The notes: a model not told the origin generated them from the sequence alone. DNA of 64,000 nt from an uncultured Nitrososphaeraceae archaeon (GCA_963765895.1 CAVXZB010000084.1:288001-352000), one strand, 5' to 3'; positions 47,261 to 58,395 are shown, counted from the stretch's first letter. Numbers and translations are program-made.

Positions 47261-48502
47261 TCCAACACCAAGATAATGAAGACCGGCCTGAGCAGCATTA
47301 AATAGTAATAGGGTTCCTAGCCACAGAGGACCTTTTATATAAATGCATGATTCCTTAGGATTTTTAGTTAGTGTAAACCGATGAGCACACCATTCAATTG
47401 AGCATATTATATAGAGTTGACCATATGGAGATCTCCTTTACCATATTAGGAACTTTTCTAGCTGTTACATGTTCACTAAACATTATTTTAATAGATGAAA
47501 AGCAGCATCTATCATCCATCTATGTCCATAGCTCACACTATACTTCATCTTTCAAGATTTGTCTGTGGTCTTATTACGGATATATTCCTAGTATGACAAT
47601 TAGTTGACCGGACTTTGGAATTGCTTCTTGTCTTTAGACCAGATTTAGTGTGGTTCTTTGATAGTTACCAGAATTTCTTATTACTATCATAAATAACATC
47701 AGCTAATACGCCTTTTACATGTACCTCTCGAAGAAGAATTCATTAGATTAACCTCGTGCCGTCATCATATACCTCTACACTTGTTACTCCTAGAGAAATG
47801 ATCTTCTTGTTTGTTCTTGATATCACCTGCTAAATGTATCTTTAGATACTGTTTTCTAATGTGCTATTTATACCCTGTCCATTCTCCACGATTAGCTATT
47901 TAAATCCGGACTGGCTAATATAATCACAATATCATTTCCTAATTTTTCATTGATTTTAATCTCTAGCATGTTTATACATTCATAATGTACTATAATGCGA
48001 TGCAGGGTACCTGAGTACTCACATATGTTGTAACTACGTTCTCCATCTGTCTATATGGCAGATGAAAATAGGATCTCATCTAACCTTGAATCTGAATAAA
48101 CAAATCCTGGTAGTCATAGGGTTCAACAACCAATCTTACATGGTTCATTGGAAATAATTCATGATCCCATCCATCAAGTACATCAAATCAAGATTACCTG
48201 GCTACGTCTTCCCAGTGAATGATTACACAAAAGCCAATCAATTATACCACTTAGTTACTATTAGGTAGCTAGATGCAGAGTGGGCAAATAAACATGACTT
48301 ACAACATAATGGATCCGGCAATAAAACATCGAGATTCATTGAAGCATTTGTTTGTACCTTTGCGATATTATTATTTTCAAAGGTGTAATGAGTTAGTTGA
48401 CAATTCTTTTTTTGGTACCAGATAGACAGATAAGTTGTCCCTAATAAAATTAAGTCAAAATTTCGTACAATGAATATATGCATGTAGCCTCATATCATAC
48501 AG

Positions 48503-49073
48503 ATGGGAATGAAATTGTCAAAATTTCTGAAATGTGAAAGACTGAAGCCTATGCTTTTATCCGGTTCTTCCGTGATGCTGATTTTTTCTCTCCTCTCCGT
48601 ATCTGTTCTAGCAGTCATCAGCACCCAATCTAAAGGAAACTATGCATTTGCTCAGGCCTCAATTCTAAGAACGACAGAACTTAAGGTGAATTTCAAAAAA
48701 TTAGTTGAGTCAGGAAGCGATCAAAATATACGTATAAAGGTAACTGATCTGGGAAGTGGCGATCCTGTATCTAGCGCTGTTGTAAGGATAACTATCTATT
48801 TTCCGGGTGGGGCACCCATAAGACAATTTTCCTTGCTTACCAGTAAAAATGGAGAAGCATCATTAACGTTGCCAATTGATAAGAATGCTCGCATTAGGCC
48901 AGTATGGAATAGATGTGTTAGTCTCTGCACTAGGCTATTTTGATTCAGCGGTTGGTACGATTTCTTTTGCTGTGAATTCTCAGGTGGATCAAAATGTCGA
49001 TTTACATGATTATAAACATACAAGCCATACCCTCTCTGACCATAGTGGACATCATAACCACCACCACAACTAG
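48503..49073 (+). CDS. Secreted single Ig/macroglobulin-like domain protein with His-rich tail, frameshift at ~48890
   Basis: Signal ending YAFA. GCT-C-GCA joins ...LPIDKNA to ALGQYGIDVLVSALGY...HSGHHNHHHN. Paralogous to the N-domain of 53431-54531. Confidence 0.72.
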
Positions 49074-49331
49074 CCATTGTTGCTACTGAAAATTTAGTGC
49101 AGATCACTTGCATACTTGCAATAGTAGTGCGAGTACAGAAGGGCATGGTGGAGGTCAAGACACTGAAGCCTTCACTTATGCAAACAGAATTTTTACTTTT
49201 TTTGTAGTTATAAGAATACCACTGTATGCACAAGTACGCGAGGCTGTTCTGCACTCTAGTCATTCAAATATACCTCTGATTATTTAAATCGACGAGCTTT
49301 TGCCTACCTGCGAGCAAAACATATTACCTGT

Positions 49332-49835
49332 TTGTTTTATATAATCTGTGTGAGTCAAAAAACGTTCGGCATCCTTTTGATATCTGCAATGATCGTTATC
49401 GGTATTGCGACAATAGATAACTCTGTCAACACTACTTTAGCACAGTTCAATTCAAATATACCATTCTCGCCATCTACTGGCCAGCCTCCATCATCACTAT
49501 CACCACCATCAACACCATCAACACCATCAACACCATCAACACCACCACCGTCAGATACTAATCAGCCGGTAAAGACAAATCCGTCACATGCTGGAAATAG
49601 TACTGCTCCTACTGGAAATAGTACTGCTCCTACTGGAAATAGGACTGCTCCTACTGGAAATAGTACTGCTCCTGTTGTAAATAGTTCTACTATTGGTCCT
49701 CCTCCAAGCCCCACTGTTGTTGGTCCTTCAAGCTTTACTGCTTCGCCAATTACTAGCGAAAATCAAGGAAAGCTGAACACATCATCAACTAGTCCTTCAA
49801 ATAATGGTTCAGTACTGGGCCTCCCAGATAGATAA
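49332..49835 (+). CDS. Secreted Pro/Ser/Thr-rich (mucin-like) protein
   Basis: Signal peptide, (PST)n repeats and four GNSTAPT-type repeats with N-x-T sequons. Confidence 0.75.
   Translation: MFYIICVSQKTFGILLISAMIVIGIATIDNSVNTTLAQFNSNIPFSPSTGQPPSSLSPPSTPSTPSTPSTPPPSDTNQPVKTNPSHAGNSTAPTGNSTAPTGNRTAPTGNSTAPVVNSSTIGPPPSPTVVGPSSFTASPITSENQGKLNTSSTSPSNNGSVLGLPDR
49591..49674 (+). repeat. 4 x 21-bp coding tandem repeat (GNSTAPT)
   Basis: CTGGAAATAGTACTGCTCCTA unit. Confidence 0.9.
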
Positions 49836-51490
49836 GAAGTCTCTTTAGGGTGTATAGATGTTTATTGAGTTAATGCATCTATTGCGGCCAGCTTTCTTCT
49901 AGCATGAATGATATTGATGGTATGCGTCAGAATTAAAGCTTGAGTAAAAGGGGCTTACTGCTAGGTATGTTAATTACTATACTTGAACGTTTATATTTTA
50001 TACAAATTATTGTTAAGAAATATTCTATTTGCCTGTCTATTACGTCATTATCTGCTACAATACACTGATTTTGCAGCAATCACTTTCCGTGAGGACTCTA
50101 TGGGTATTCAGTTAAGGTTGCGGGAATTACTATTTTCAGCAAAATTACACCATATATTAGCTTTAGAATAGTATACATTTTTCTAATGGTGGGATAATGA
50201 GAGAAGATTTGCTATAGAAACAACGTCGATAACATGCGAAGAAGATGGTATTTTGCTAGAACAGAACATATCAATGAAGTAATTTGCTAATCGTGTTTAT
50301 CATTATCTCATTAGTTGGTATACATTAAGCCATCATCCATTAAAGTATCTGCGAATGTAAACCTCCGGCTATTATAACATCCTCTACGGCCAAATGCAAT
50401 AAGGCAAATACAAGATGTAGAACATGACTCTATGATTAAATTTTCTTGGTTTTATTATCTATTGAGTATAATTGAATAGCTTTCATAACGTAAATCATCA
50501 CCCATTGATTTGCTAGATTGTTATTATTATTATTCTAGTAGTAAATCTGTTGAAGTTAAAGATAATAGTAAAAAATACTTTTTACCAATTTATGTATTAG
50601 TTCACCACTCTCTATGCCTCTAGAGTATTGCGAGTGTTTTCTAATTTTGACTATTTAGGATCATAGGTTCTCTTTTCTACGGCATTTGTTCCAAAAGAAC
50701 CGAGCGCTCGTAATCATGACGTTCCCATTTCGGTTGCAAAGGATGTAGTATCTAGACTGTCGCTTCCAATCTTAAATTCTTGCCACATCATCGTCACACT
50801 CGCGTTGTACTTGTCCAATTTCCGCTTAGTGGCATATAATGTAAACTATCAATACATTTAGATGTACTGTTACCTGGTGGAATATAATAATCACCATCGT
50901 CATCATTAATATCTTACGGCGAGAAATTGATTAGTTACTAAATCATCATAGTGTGAAAAATCAGGCCCCAGGTTTTCTACAACAATAGCCTATCGAGCTC
51001 TCGATATCAGTCCAAAGAAGAATAAATAACCCATAGTCAGTGGATTCGAAAGTTGCAATCAGGCTAAATAGACTTGGACTAAAAAGAGAAAAATTCGATT
51101 TCTACTTATTTCAGATTTTTCACAGTCACTGCTGCAATAAAATCGTAGACTGACAACAACAAGTATTGTATGTCACCATTTTTTTATTATTAATCTAATT
51201 TTCGGTGTGTATGTTCCATCTCCTGTTCTGTAATAGTTTTCATAAATATAGTTCGCTTGGTCTACGACAGGTGACGACAGGTTTTTACCGCATGCTGGTA
51301 TTACTTGTTGTAGACGTTATTCTAGTTCATGCTCCTCTTCTCCTCCTTTTTCTGAGAATGCTGCAACTAATATCAACGCATAACAGATTATAACCTATAA
51401 TAAGATATTAGGAGAAAGAATTTATGATTTGACTGATAATTGAATGTAGCGAACCCATTGTTATCGCTAATTTGTTGATCGAATTTGACA

Positions 51491-52014
51491 TTATTTTATC
51501 CAAAGATAATGTGGACAAAATAAAGGACCAATGTTGAAATAACACAGTGGTTCTGGGAATTGGGAATAAGGTCTTGGATATGCCATAGTTGCTAAATAAT
51601 TGTCAGATTTATCTCTGTAATTGATCCCATTACTATGCTGATGGTTTTGTTGTTGCTCCTGATGCGGCGGTTGATTCTGCTGCTGTTGCGATAATGATGA
51701 CCTAACTGGCGATGACTGCAGAGAGATAGGAAAAGGTTGATGAAACGTTTGTTGTTCGTTTAGATTTTTTGTTATGCTTATTCCATTAGTATTTAGCAGC
51801 TTTTGTTGTTCCTGCAGCTGTGCTGCTGCGACTGCTGCGACTGCTGCGACTGAAGTGGAGACGGTGATGACGAAGACAGTCGGAAAGACTCAGAATTTGC
51901 TATGTTTATCGAAGAAAAAAAAGATAATATTACTATTACTCCAAGTAAAGCCAACAATATTGCAGCTAAACCAGGAATTAGTGCTAAGGAAGATTCAATT
52001 TTGAAGCTCTTCAT
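51491..52014 (-). CDS. Secreted Gln/Ser-rich protein, frameshift near 51820
   Basis: Signal peptide and (SQQ)n. Another frame continues LQEQQKLLN...QQQQNQPPHQEQQQNHQH...PEPLCYFNIGPLFCPHYLWIK*. Confidence 0.6.
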
Positions 52015-53430
52015 TCTTGTATATAGACAAAGTTGGATTTTGGTTTTATTTCGGTTGGCAAGGATTTGTTAGAAAGATACATAGTAGCAAAATAGCAGAC
52101 GGAAAGGCAAAGTAAATAGTTTCTTACAGGACGTTAGTACAACCATATGAAACAATGCTCTGCATAATCCAACCAATCTCCAGAGATAGCTGCATTCCAC
52201 ATGGTTCTTAGGCCACTTTGGAGCTTGCAAAAGATCTCGATTAGTCCTTGTTTTAAGTTTAATGTTCCTTATCGTTTATTGCATACCTTGCTAATTCGAA
52301 GCTTTAAGACAGTTCCAGTAATATTATTTCTTGGTTTAAATCCTGCAGCTATCCTCTTAGGTCTTTCTCTATACCAACCTTCGGACGATGTAGTTCTATC
52401 CTCAAACGCATCTTAATGATTCTGCTAATTTGTTCATGTCTATTTCTTAAGGAATCTACAGAAATGCCTTGTAAAATCTATCAACAGCAGTATCCAAGCT
52501 GGGCACATTTCTTTTCCAGTTAACGAGGGTATCGTATACGCTAACTTAAAGACAATATCGGCAATAGGACTTTGATATGGTTGAGTTGATGAGTCACTTG
52601 CCGATTGAACCTTGCTATTCAACGCACGGTGTTACCAGGACTTCAATAGGGGACAGTTCTTCTCTCGTAACATGTTTATCGATTGAAACCCATATTTTGC
52701 TAATAATTGCCGAAGGCTGTTGCATAGAAGTGGTCTCCTGCTTTATCCATCATGTGATAATCCCCATTCTCAAAGCATTATACTCCATCAACTAGCGATG
52801 GTGTTTCATTGATGTAGTCTATAACCTCCATTTGCCAGCATTGTCATTTGAAGTTAAATCGCTCAATTATACAATAGCTGCCTCACTCCCTGTAGTAAGA
52901 TGACGTATCATTCACACCAACTCTACTTCTTCATTGTATTTGGTGGTGAAAATATTGAACGACTACCTTAGCATGCGCATTTTTATGAATTAATTCTATC
53001 TTTCTTGTATTTTTGCTAATTGGTCTACATGTTGTCTTTCTCTCGTTTATTAAGTGATAGGTTAAGAGGTTCTTGTCGGATTCCTTTACTTAGCACAGTA
53101 AAATGGCTCAGTAATTTGCTTATTCTTGTTATACCTTGGAATGTTACGTTTCCTTCAACAGTAAAATAATACTTTATTGATAAACACTTAACTTTTCTGA
53201 ACGTGCCTAATAGTATTTGTATGATGGTTATTATCTCGAATGCCGTTTGTATAGTCTCGAAATTCTGAGAAGGTTAAACGGCATATACTATCTATGCAGG
53301 ACTATTGTCATTGCGGAGTGATATTCTTTGTTATTAGCAATTCTAGCGAAGCTTTGCTATTTAATTAGTAGTAGTACCAGTATTAGCGATGATATCTTCG
53401 CATCTAATATAACGCTTTATATCTCCAAAG

Positions 53431-54531
53431 TTGTTGTTGTATCTGCCATCGTTGTTGACATCTAAGACAAAGGTGTCTAGGAAAAAAATGAGAAGGGGCC
53501 ACCTGCGGCTAGTTGCAGTATTACCCATTCTAATGACTTTGATTTTATTTTCTTGTATTCAGAGCTCTTTTGTCCAGCCTAGCTATGCCTCCGAACAGGA
53601 AGAAGGGGTTAGAACATTTAGAATTAAGGCATATCTAGAGAATATTGTAGTTGAACATGAGAACAAAGAGACTATACATTTTCAAGTGGCTGATCACAAG
53701 ACTCATCAACCGATTGGTGGAGCTATTACAAGTGCAACTGTTAGCTATGCGGACGGGAAAACAGTAAGGTACTTTAGCGTACCTACTGATGCATCAGGAC
53801 GCTCTTCGATATCTTGGAGAATAGAGCAGGATGCTCCTGATGGTCGTTATAATGTGGCATATTCGGTGTCTGAAACAGGATATGAACCAGCCTACTTTGG
53901 AGGCTCATTTAGTGTGGTTGAAAATAGTGTAAACTATGGTTGTTTATCCTCAGCCTCAGCATATTCCTCATGCTCAGCCTATTCCTCATCACCATCTTCT
54001 TCATCACCATCTTCTTCATCACCATCTTCTTCATCACCATCTTCTTCATCACCATCTTCTTCATCACCATCTTCTTCATCACCATCTTCTTCATCACCAT
54101 CTTCTTCATCACCATCTTCTTCATCACCATCTTCTTCATCACCATCTTCTTCATCACCATCTTCTTCATCACCATCTTCTTCATCACCATCTTCTTCATC
54201 ACCATCTTCTTCATCACCATCTTCTTCATCACCATCTTCTTCATCACCGTTCGAGTCTCCCTTGTTGGTCATGGACGTAGGCGGCTCCTCAACGCACCTC
54301 GCTAGCAGTGACTCAATTAAGCCAATTAAGTCGTCTCCAACGGATCTAGGAGGCCCCTCAACACAGATAGCTAGCCCAATTAAGTCGTCTCCAACGGATC
54401 TAAGAGGCCCCTCAACACAGATAGCTAGCAGTGATTCAACTAAGCCAATTAAGTCGGCTCCAACGGATTTAGGAGGCCCCTCAACACAGATAGCTAGCAA
54501 TCAACCGATAAAGCCATCTCAAAATAAATAG
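53431..54531 (+). CDS. Secreted Ig/macroglobulin-like domain protein with (SSPSS)17 stalk and PIKSSPTDLGGPSTQIAS repeats
   Basis: Signal ending SYA (start likely MRRGH), a beta domain with DAPDGRYNV, then Ser-rich tandem repeats. Confidence 0.8.
   Translation: MLLYLPSLLTSKTKVSRKKMRRGHLRLVAVLPILMTLILFSCIQSSFVQPSYASEQEEGVRTFRIKAYLENIVVEHENKETIHFQVADHKTHQPIGGAITSATVSYADGKTVRYFSVPTDASGRSSISWRIEQDAPDGRYNVAYSVSETGYEPAYFGGSFSVVENSVNYGCLSSASAYSSCSAYSSSPSSSSPSSSSPSSSSPSSSSPSSSSPSSSSPSSSSPSSSSPSSSSPSSSSPSSSSPSSSSPSSSSPSSSSPSSSSPSSSSPSSSSPFESPLLVMDVGGSSTHLASSDSIKPIKSSPTDLGGPSTQIASPIKSSPTDLRGPSTQIASSDSTKPIKSAPTDLGGPSTQIASNQPIKPSQNK
53986..54248 (+). repeat. 17 perfect copies plus a partial copy of the 15-bp unit TCATCACCATCTTCT
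   Basis: Directly visible tandem array. Confidence 0.95.
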
Positions 54532-55446
54532 ATACACATAGCTTTAGATTTTTTTGTTCATTATTGTGTCTTGCGAGAGTCACAAATATCTTTCAACTGT
54601 CAACGAAATCCCTGCGTTATGGGATGAAATAATAAAGTTGATACTCCCAATAGAAAAATCAAATAGCACCATAGGACATCCAGCGGTACCATTTAGAAAG
54701 GTAATAGATAGCATTCTATACGTATTAAGAAATTGATGTCAGTTGAAGTTGATGCCAAATGAGGATGATTCCGGGTCGACATGTCATAGAAGATTCCTAT
54801 AATGGTCAATATAAGATATCTGAAAGATTATAGACTAGACTTGCTAAAAGTGTTGATGGCGGCCTGGTAGGCATTCGATGGAGAGGCAATCACGATAGTA
54901 TATGTAAAGGTATATTTAGTAGGAAATGACTCGTTGAACCCAATTTTACAATTAGAGATAAGTTAGTTAGGAACAAACATCATCGTTTATTGAGTGATAG
55001 GTAAAGTGTTCCATTATATGTTGTTGTAACTGCAGATAATACCCATGATATGAACGCCGCTATGAATATGCTGGATAGTATTGTAGTCAAAGACCATCAT
55101 CTAGGACATATAAAGGAACGGAATCTTTCTCTATCTCAATAAAGGATATGATTTTAAGGAGGTTGAATATGGTGTTATCAAGAAAGGATATATTCCACAT
55201 ATTGGACATATGGGGAGGAGAACCGGTAATAAAGATTAATGGTATTAATGACCGTCGCCATGCTAAAAGAAGATTGGTTGTAGATAGATAGATAGAAAGA
55301 AAGAAAGAACCAACTTGTGGCATAGCAGCAGGCTCAGAAAACTTTTGGTTAGATATGAAAAGGTGATAGAACGCAATTTTACTTTAGTAGGAGTGTTTAG
55401 GCGTTGTATCGTATCTACAGGAGGATAATTTTGGGATAGGTTCTTA
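54509..55446 (+). mobile_element. Degenerate IS5-family insertion sequence
   Basis: LWDEIIKLILP..GHPAVPFRKVIDSILYVLR, SGSTCHRRF, ADNTHD, NKGYD and LRKLLVRYEK fragments. Right end TTTTGGGATAGGTTCTTA; eroded left IR TAAAGCCATCTCAAAATA. Confidence 0.8.
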
Positions 55447-56113
55447 GTACCATTCGTTATCAATACCTCATACTTGATAGAAAGAGTCAAGGAGGGATTC
55501 CCTAACTTAGAGGATAGCTCAACAGAATATGCAATAACAGAGGTTGTTGGTACGATGTTCGGTAGTAATAGCAAACCATATCCGAAGATTTATGGTCAAA
55601 GATTTTGTGGATTGCAGTATACGTGAGTGAGTCTTGAGGCCTACATAAACGGAAACATATGTAGATAGCATCAAAATTATTGGCCAGATTAATATTCCTG
55701 CATGATTCCCGCCAGCATTTCTGGATGTAGTAACGCTATTTAGATAATTATTCAAGTCTGGTTTGCCCTCGGTAACCGTTGCCATTAGACTGAGGTGAAG
55801 GTCTGAGTACAGCCTATTTGGTGCGACGCTTGGGAGTAAAAATGCAAAAATACAGACAATCAATGAAATATACATGCCAACAACCAAAGCACCTTTGTCT
55901 TTGACTATATTTCAAAATTAGTGGCGAAGAAATTATGAATGCATATATGAATATTTGAATAAGGCCCTCCTTGAATCTTGTGCGTTAATCAAGATAAAAG
56001 GTAAGCGCAGGCGTGTGATCATAATACTGAATGACGCTGCTCGTTCGCTAGGTAGATTTAGTGGTTGCGTGACACTTTCACCTATCTACATTTAGCAGAT
56101 GCTATAATCCACA

Positions 56114-56365
56114 TCAGGACGAATGTCTGCAGATACCTGTGCCATTTGAATTAATACCATTAGCACCACTTAGGCTTGACCCGGTATGACCAGCTGTACC
56201 ATCACTGTTCATTCCACCCTTTCCAGCGGTTCCACCAAGGCCACCAGTGCCACCTGTTCCACCAGTTTCGCAAACAGCTTGACCGAAAGCATGAAGTGGG
56301 ATCGTTAGTGTGATCAGTATCAGGATTATCGGTGCTGTCAAATGCAGCAAAGATGTTTTGTTCAT
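56114..56365 (-). CDS. Secreted Gly-rich micro-protein (GRP-5)
   Basis: Signal peptide, then AVCETGGTGGTGGLGGTAGKGG...GINSNGTGICRHSS with two Cys bracketing the Gly-rich core. Confidence 0.75.
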   Translation of the reverse strand: MNKTSLLHLTAPIILILITLTIPLHAFGQAVCETGGTGGTGGLGGTAGKGGMNSDGTAGHTGSSLSGANGINSNGTGICRHSS

Positions 56366-56985
56366 TTCCCTTAGAGAGTCAGTCAGGCATTATAAAGAGT
56401 ATCGATCTCGTGCACGGCTAAAAAAGAAGATGCAATAGGCTTGAGGATCATACTGAACTCATCGTCGAACAAAGTGGATGATCAAAATATGAATTACATT
56501 TTAGGCATACATTTGGTTATAATGCAACGCGCGGCGTAAGATTAGCGTTCACATCAAATAAATGAAAGGTTGTCATTTATTGCGACTAGGATCATTTGTC
56601 CACTTCGGTAATACATTATAGATTATCGCCTAACCGACCGAAGATATGAAATTGGACGCTCAGGATAGCAAGGCGACGCAGGCCATTAGCTCAGATTAAA
56701 TCCTCTCGCATTCACCGTATTAAGATCGGCGGTTGGCGACTAGAATAATTCTGTTGTACCTAAAACGAATTTTGTTGTGGAATACTTATTAGGATATTCG
56801 AGCGGCGCTTCAGTTGCGCGCCGTCCAATTTCAATTGTACCGAGATTACCATACCCTCTTAGAGCGGCGTATTATCTTTTAGAGATGTTTGTTTCTCATT
56901 TGGATTTGACCGTCTAAGAGATAAAAATGTACTAAGCTCTCCGTATTATGGAGACAAAAAACCTGTACAGAAATTTTTAGTTTCT

Positions 56986-57022
56986 AAAAGAAAAAGAACG
57001 GTTTCCCTTTCGAGATTGGTCG
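56986..57022 (-). terminator. GAAA-tetraloop hairpin plus U-tract downstream of GRP-6
   Basis: Minus strand CGACCAATCTCGAAAGGGAAACCGTTCTTTTTCTTTT. Confidence 0.6.
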
Positions 57023-57059
57023 ATTTTGGTTGACGTAGTTTGCTGGATTTTACCTTAGG

Positions 57060-57365
57060 TTAGTTACTATCGTTGCATCCATTTTGGCGAGCATTTCCAC
57101 CATTTGCATCCGCACCATTTGCATCTCCGCCGCTACCGCCCGTGGTGCCGCCGCCATTAGCGAGCTGACTATTATGGCCTCCGTTATTAGTTGTACCACC
57201 GCTTTGAGCTGTACCGCCAGATTCGCCAAGTTGACCAATGCCACCGTTACACCCTGTTTCAGCAGACGCTGCTGATGGCATGGCTACTGCGAGTGCACCT
57301 GCTATCATGATTCCGGCTACAGCCGCAATCAATATTATTGATGTATTTTTAGTCATTTTTCTCAT
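57060..57365 (-). CDS. Secreted Gly-rich micro-protein, group B (GRP-6)
   Basis: MTKNTSIILIAAVAGIMIAGALAVAMPSAASA|ETGCNGGIG...GGDANGADANGGNARQNGCNDSN. Confidence 0.82.
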   Translation of the reverse strand: MRKMTKNTSIILIAAVAGIMIAGALAVAMPSAASAETGCNGGIGQLGESGGTAQSGGTTNNGGHNSQLANGGGTTGGSGGDANGADANGGNARQNGCNDSN

Positions 57366-57381
57366 TAAATATTTAAGAAAA

Positions 57382-57465
57382 TAGTTAATTAACTTTCAGA
57401 CTTGTGCTTTCTGCAAGATGATTCTTACTATTGAATTATAATTAGCTATCATAATATTTCTTCTA
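57382..57465 (-). promoter_or_regulatory. Shared 84-bp upstream/promoter block (also 62320-62403 and 63536-63619 on +)
   Basis: Identical sequence including the palindromic AGTTAATTAACT TATA-like box. Confidence 0.8.
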
Positions 57466-57692
57466 TAGTAAAGTAGGTAGCTAATATTAGAAATAAAAAA
57501 TCGAATTTTAATAATATTCGAGGTGTTGATTATATTATCTTATTTTTGAATTATTGAAATCTCTATTTACATTTCTATGTAACGCATTTTAGAATTATTG
57601 TTTCTTGGTCAAAGATGACTATCTATGGGTAAAAAGGTACTAAGCTCTTCGTTCGTAGTAGCAAAAGACATGTACAGACAGATAGTAATTTT

Positions 57693-57736
57693 GAAAGAAA
57701 AAAGAAAAAGAACGGTTTCCCTTTCGGGATTAGTCG
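57693..57736 (-). terminator. GAAA-tetraloop hairpin plus U-tract downstream of GRP-7
   Basis: Minus strand CGACTAATCCCGAAAGGGAAACCGTTCTTTTTCTTTTTTC. Confidence 0.6.
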
Positions 57737-57765
57737 TTTTTATGTTAAGTTAGTTACTTACTAAC

Positions 57766-58089
57766 TTAGTGGTTATGACTGTTGGCGCCGCATCTGTTGT
57801 TGCAAGAGTTACCGCCATTAGCATTTCCGCCGTCTCCGCCGTTAGCATCTCCGCCATTAGCGCTTTGGTGGTTGCCGCCGCCTGCGTGCTCTACTTCGTT
57901 CTCGCCGCCGTTTCCAGCTACACCGCCAGCTCCGCCAGCTCCGCCAATGCCACCGTCGCCACCGACTGATACTTGACGAGCATATACATTGCTTGTTGCT
58001 AGTGTTAGTGCAAGTGCACCTGCTACCATAATTCCGGCTACTGCCGCTACTAATACCATTGAAGTATTCTTGTTCATTGTAACAGTCAT
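57766..58089 (-). CDS. Secreted Gly-rich micro-protein, group B (GRP-7)
   Basis: Signal ending VYA, then GGDGGIGGAGGAGGVAGNGG-ENEVEHAGGGNHQSA-NGGDANGGDGGNANGG-NSCNNRC. Confidence 0.85.
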   Translation of the reverse strand: MTVTMNKNTSMVLVAAVAGIMVAGALALTLATSNVYARQVSVGGDGGIGGAGGAGGVAGNGGENEVEHAGGGNHQSANGGDANGGDGGNANGGNSCNNRCGANSHNH

Positions 58090-58395
58090 GTCACAGAAGT
58101 AAGTTAATTAACTTTTTGGTTGATAATTCTGATTGATAATTCTAACTATCATTTATTCAAGGTAATTCTGATAGACATTAGAAGTGTAATGTGCTTTACT
58201 TTACTTTTTGATAGTCAAAATATCTATTCATATCGATGCAAATGAATTTCCGCATCCATATAAACGCATTTTCGTGTCGTTCTAGCTTTTGAATTTGACC
58301 GTTAAGGATGAGGGATAAGGGATGAGGGATGAAGGGATAGACATAAAGATCTGTTTTATAGAAGCAAAAGACATGTACAGACAGATAGTAATTTT

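Larger units (their letters stand above)
57661..58145 (-). repeat. ~485-bp tandem gene duplication unit, copy 1 (copy 2 at ~58364-58861)
   Basis: Offset 703 bp. The UTRs are identical and the coding differences are clustered. Confidence 0.9.

Noticed and set aside
52090-53000. Several short ORFs suggesting a decayed gene
   Set aside because: No recognisable family motif could be reconstructed.
53986-54248. Possible CRISPR array
   Set aside because: Contiguous 15-bp units with no spacers; no cas genes in the window.
53909-54500. Poly-His/Leu, FFITI, MVMKK and GDEED ORFs
   Set aside because: Alternative frames of the 15-bp repeat. Only the Ser frame is joined to a signal peptide and a globular domain.
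55263-55887. Minus-strand ORFs at the right end of the IS5 remnant
   Set aside because: Partly antisense to the IS and without recognisable features.
42996-57976. Pro-rich and Ala/Ile/Thr-rich ORFs overlapping the Gly-rich genes (e.g. 42996, 43899, 45880, 45959, 57084, 57769, 57782)
   Set aside because: Antisense or off-frame products of GGN codon repeats, lacking signal peptides and promoters.
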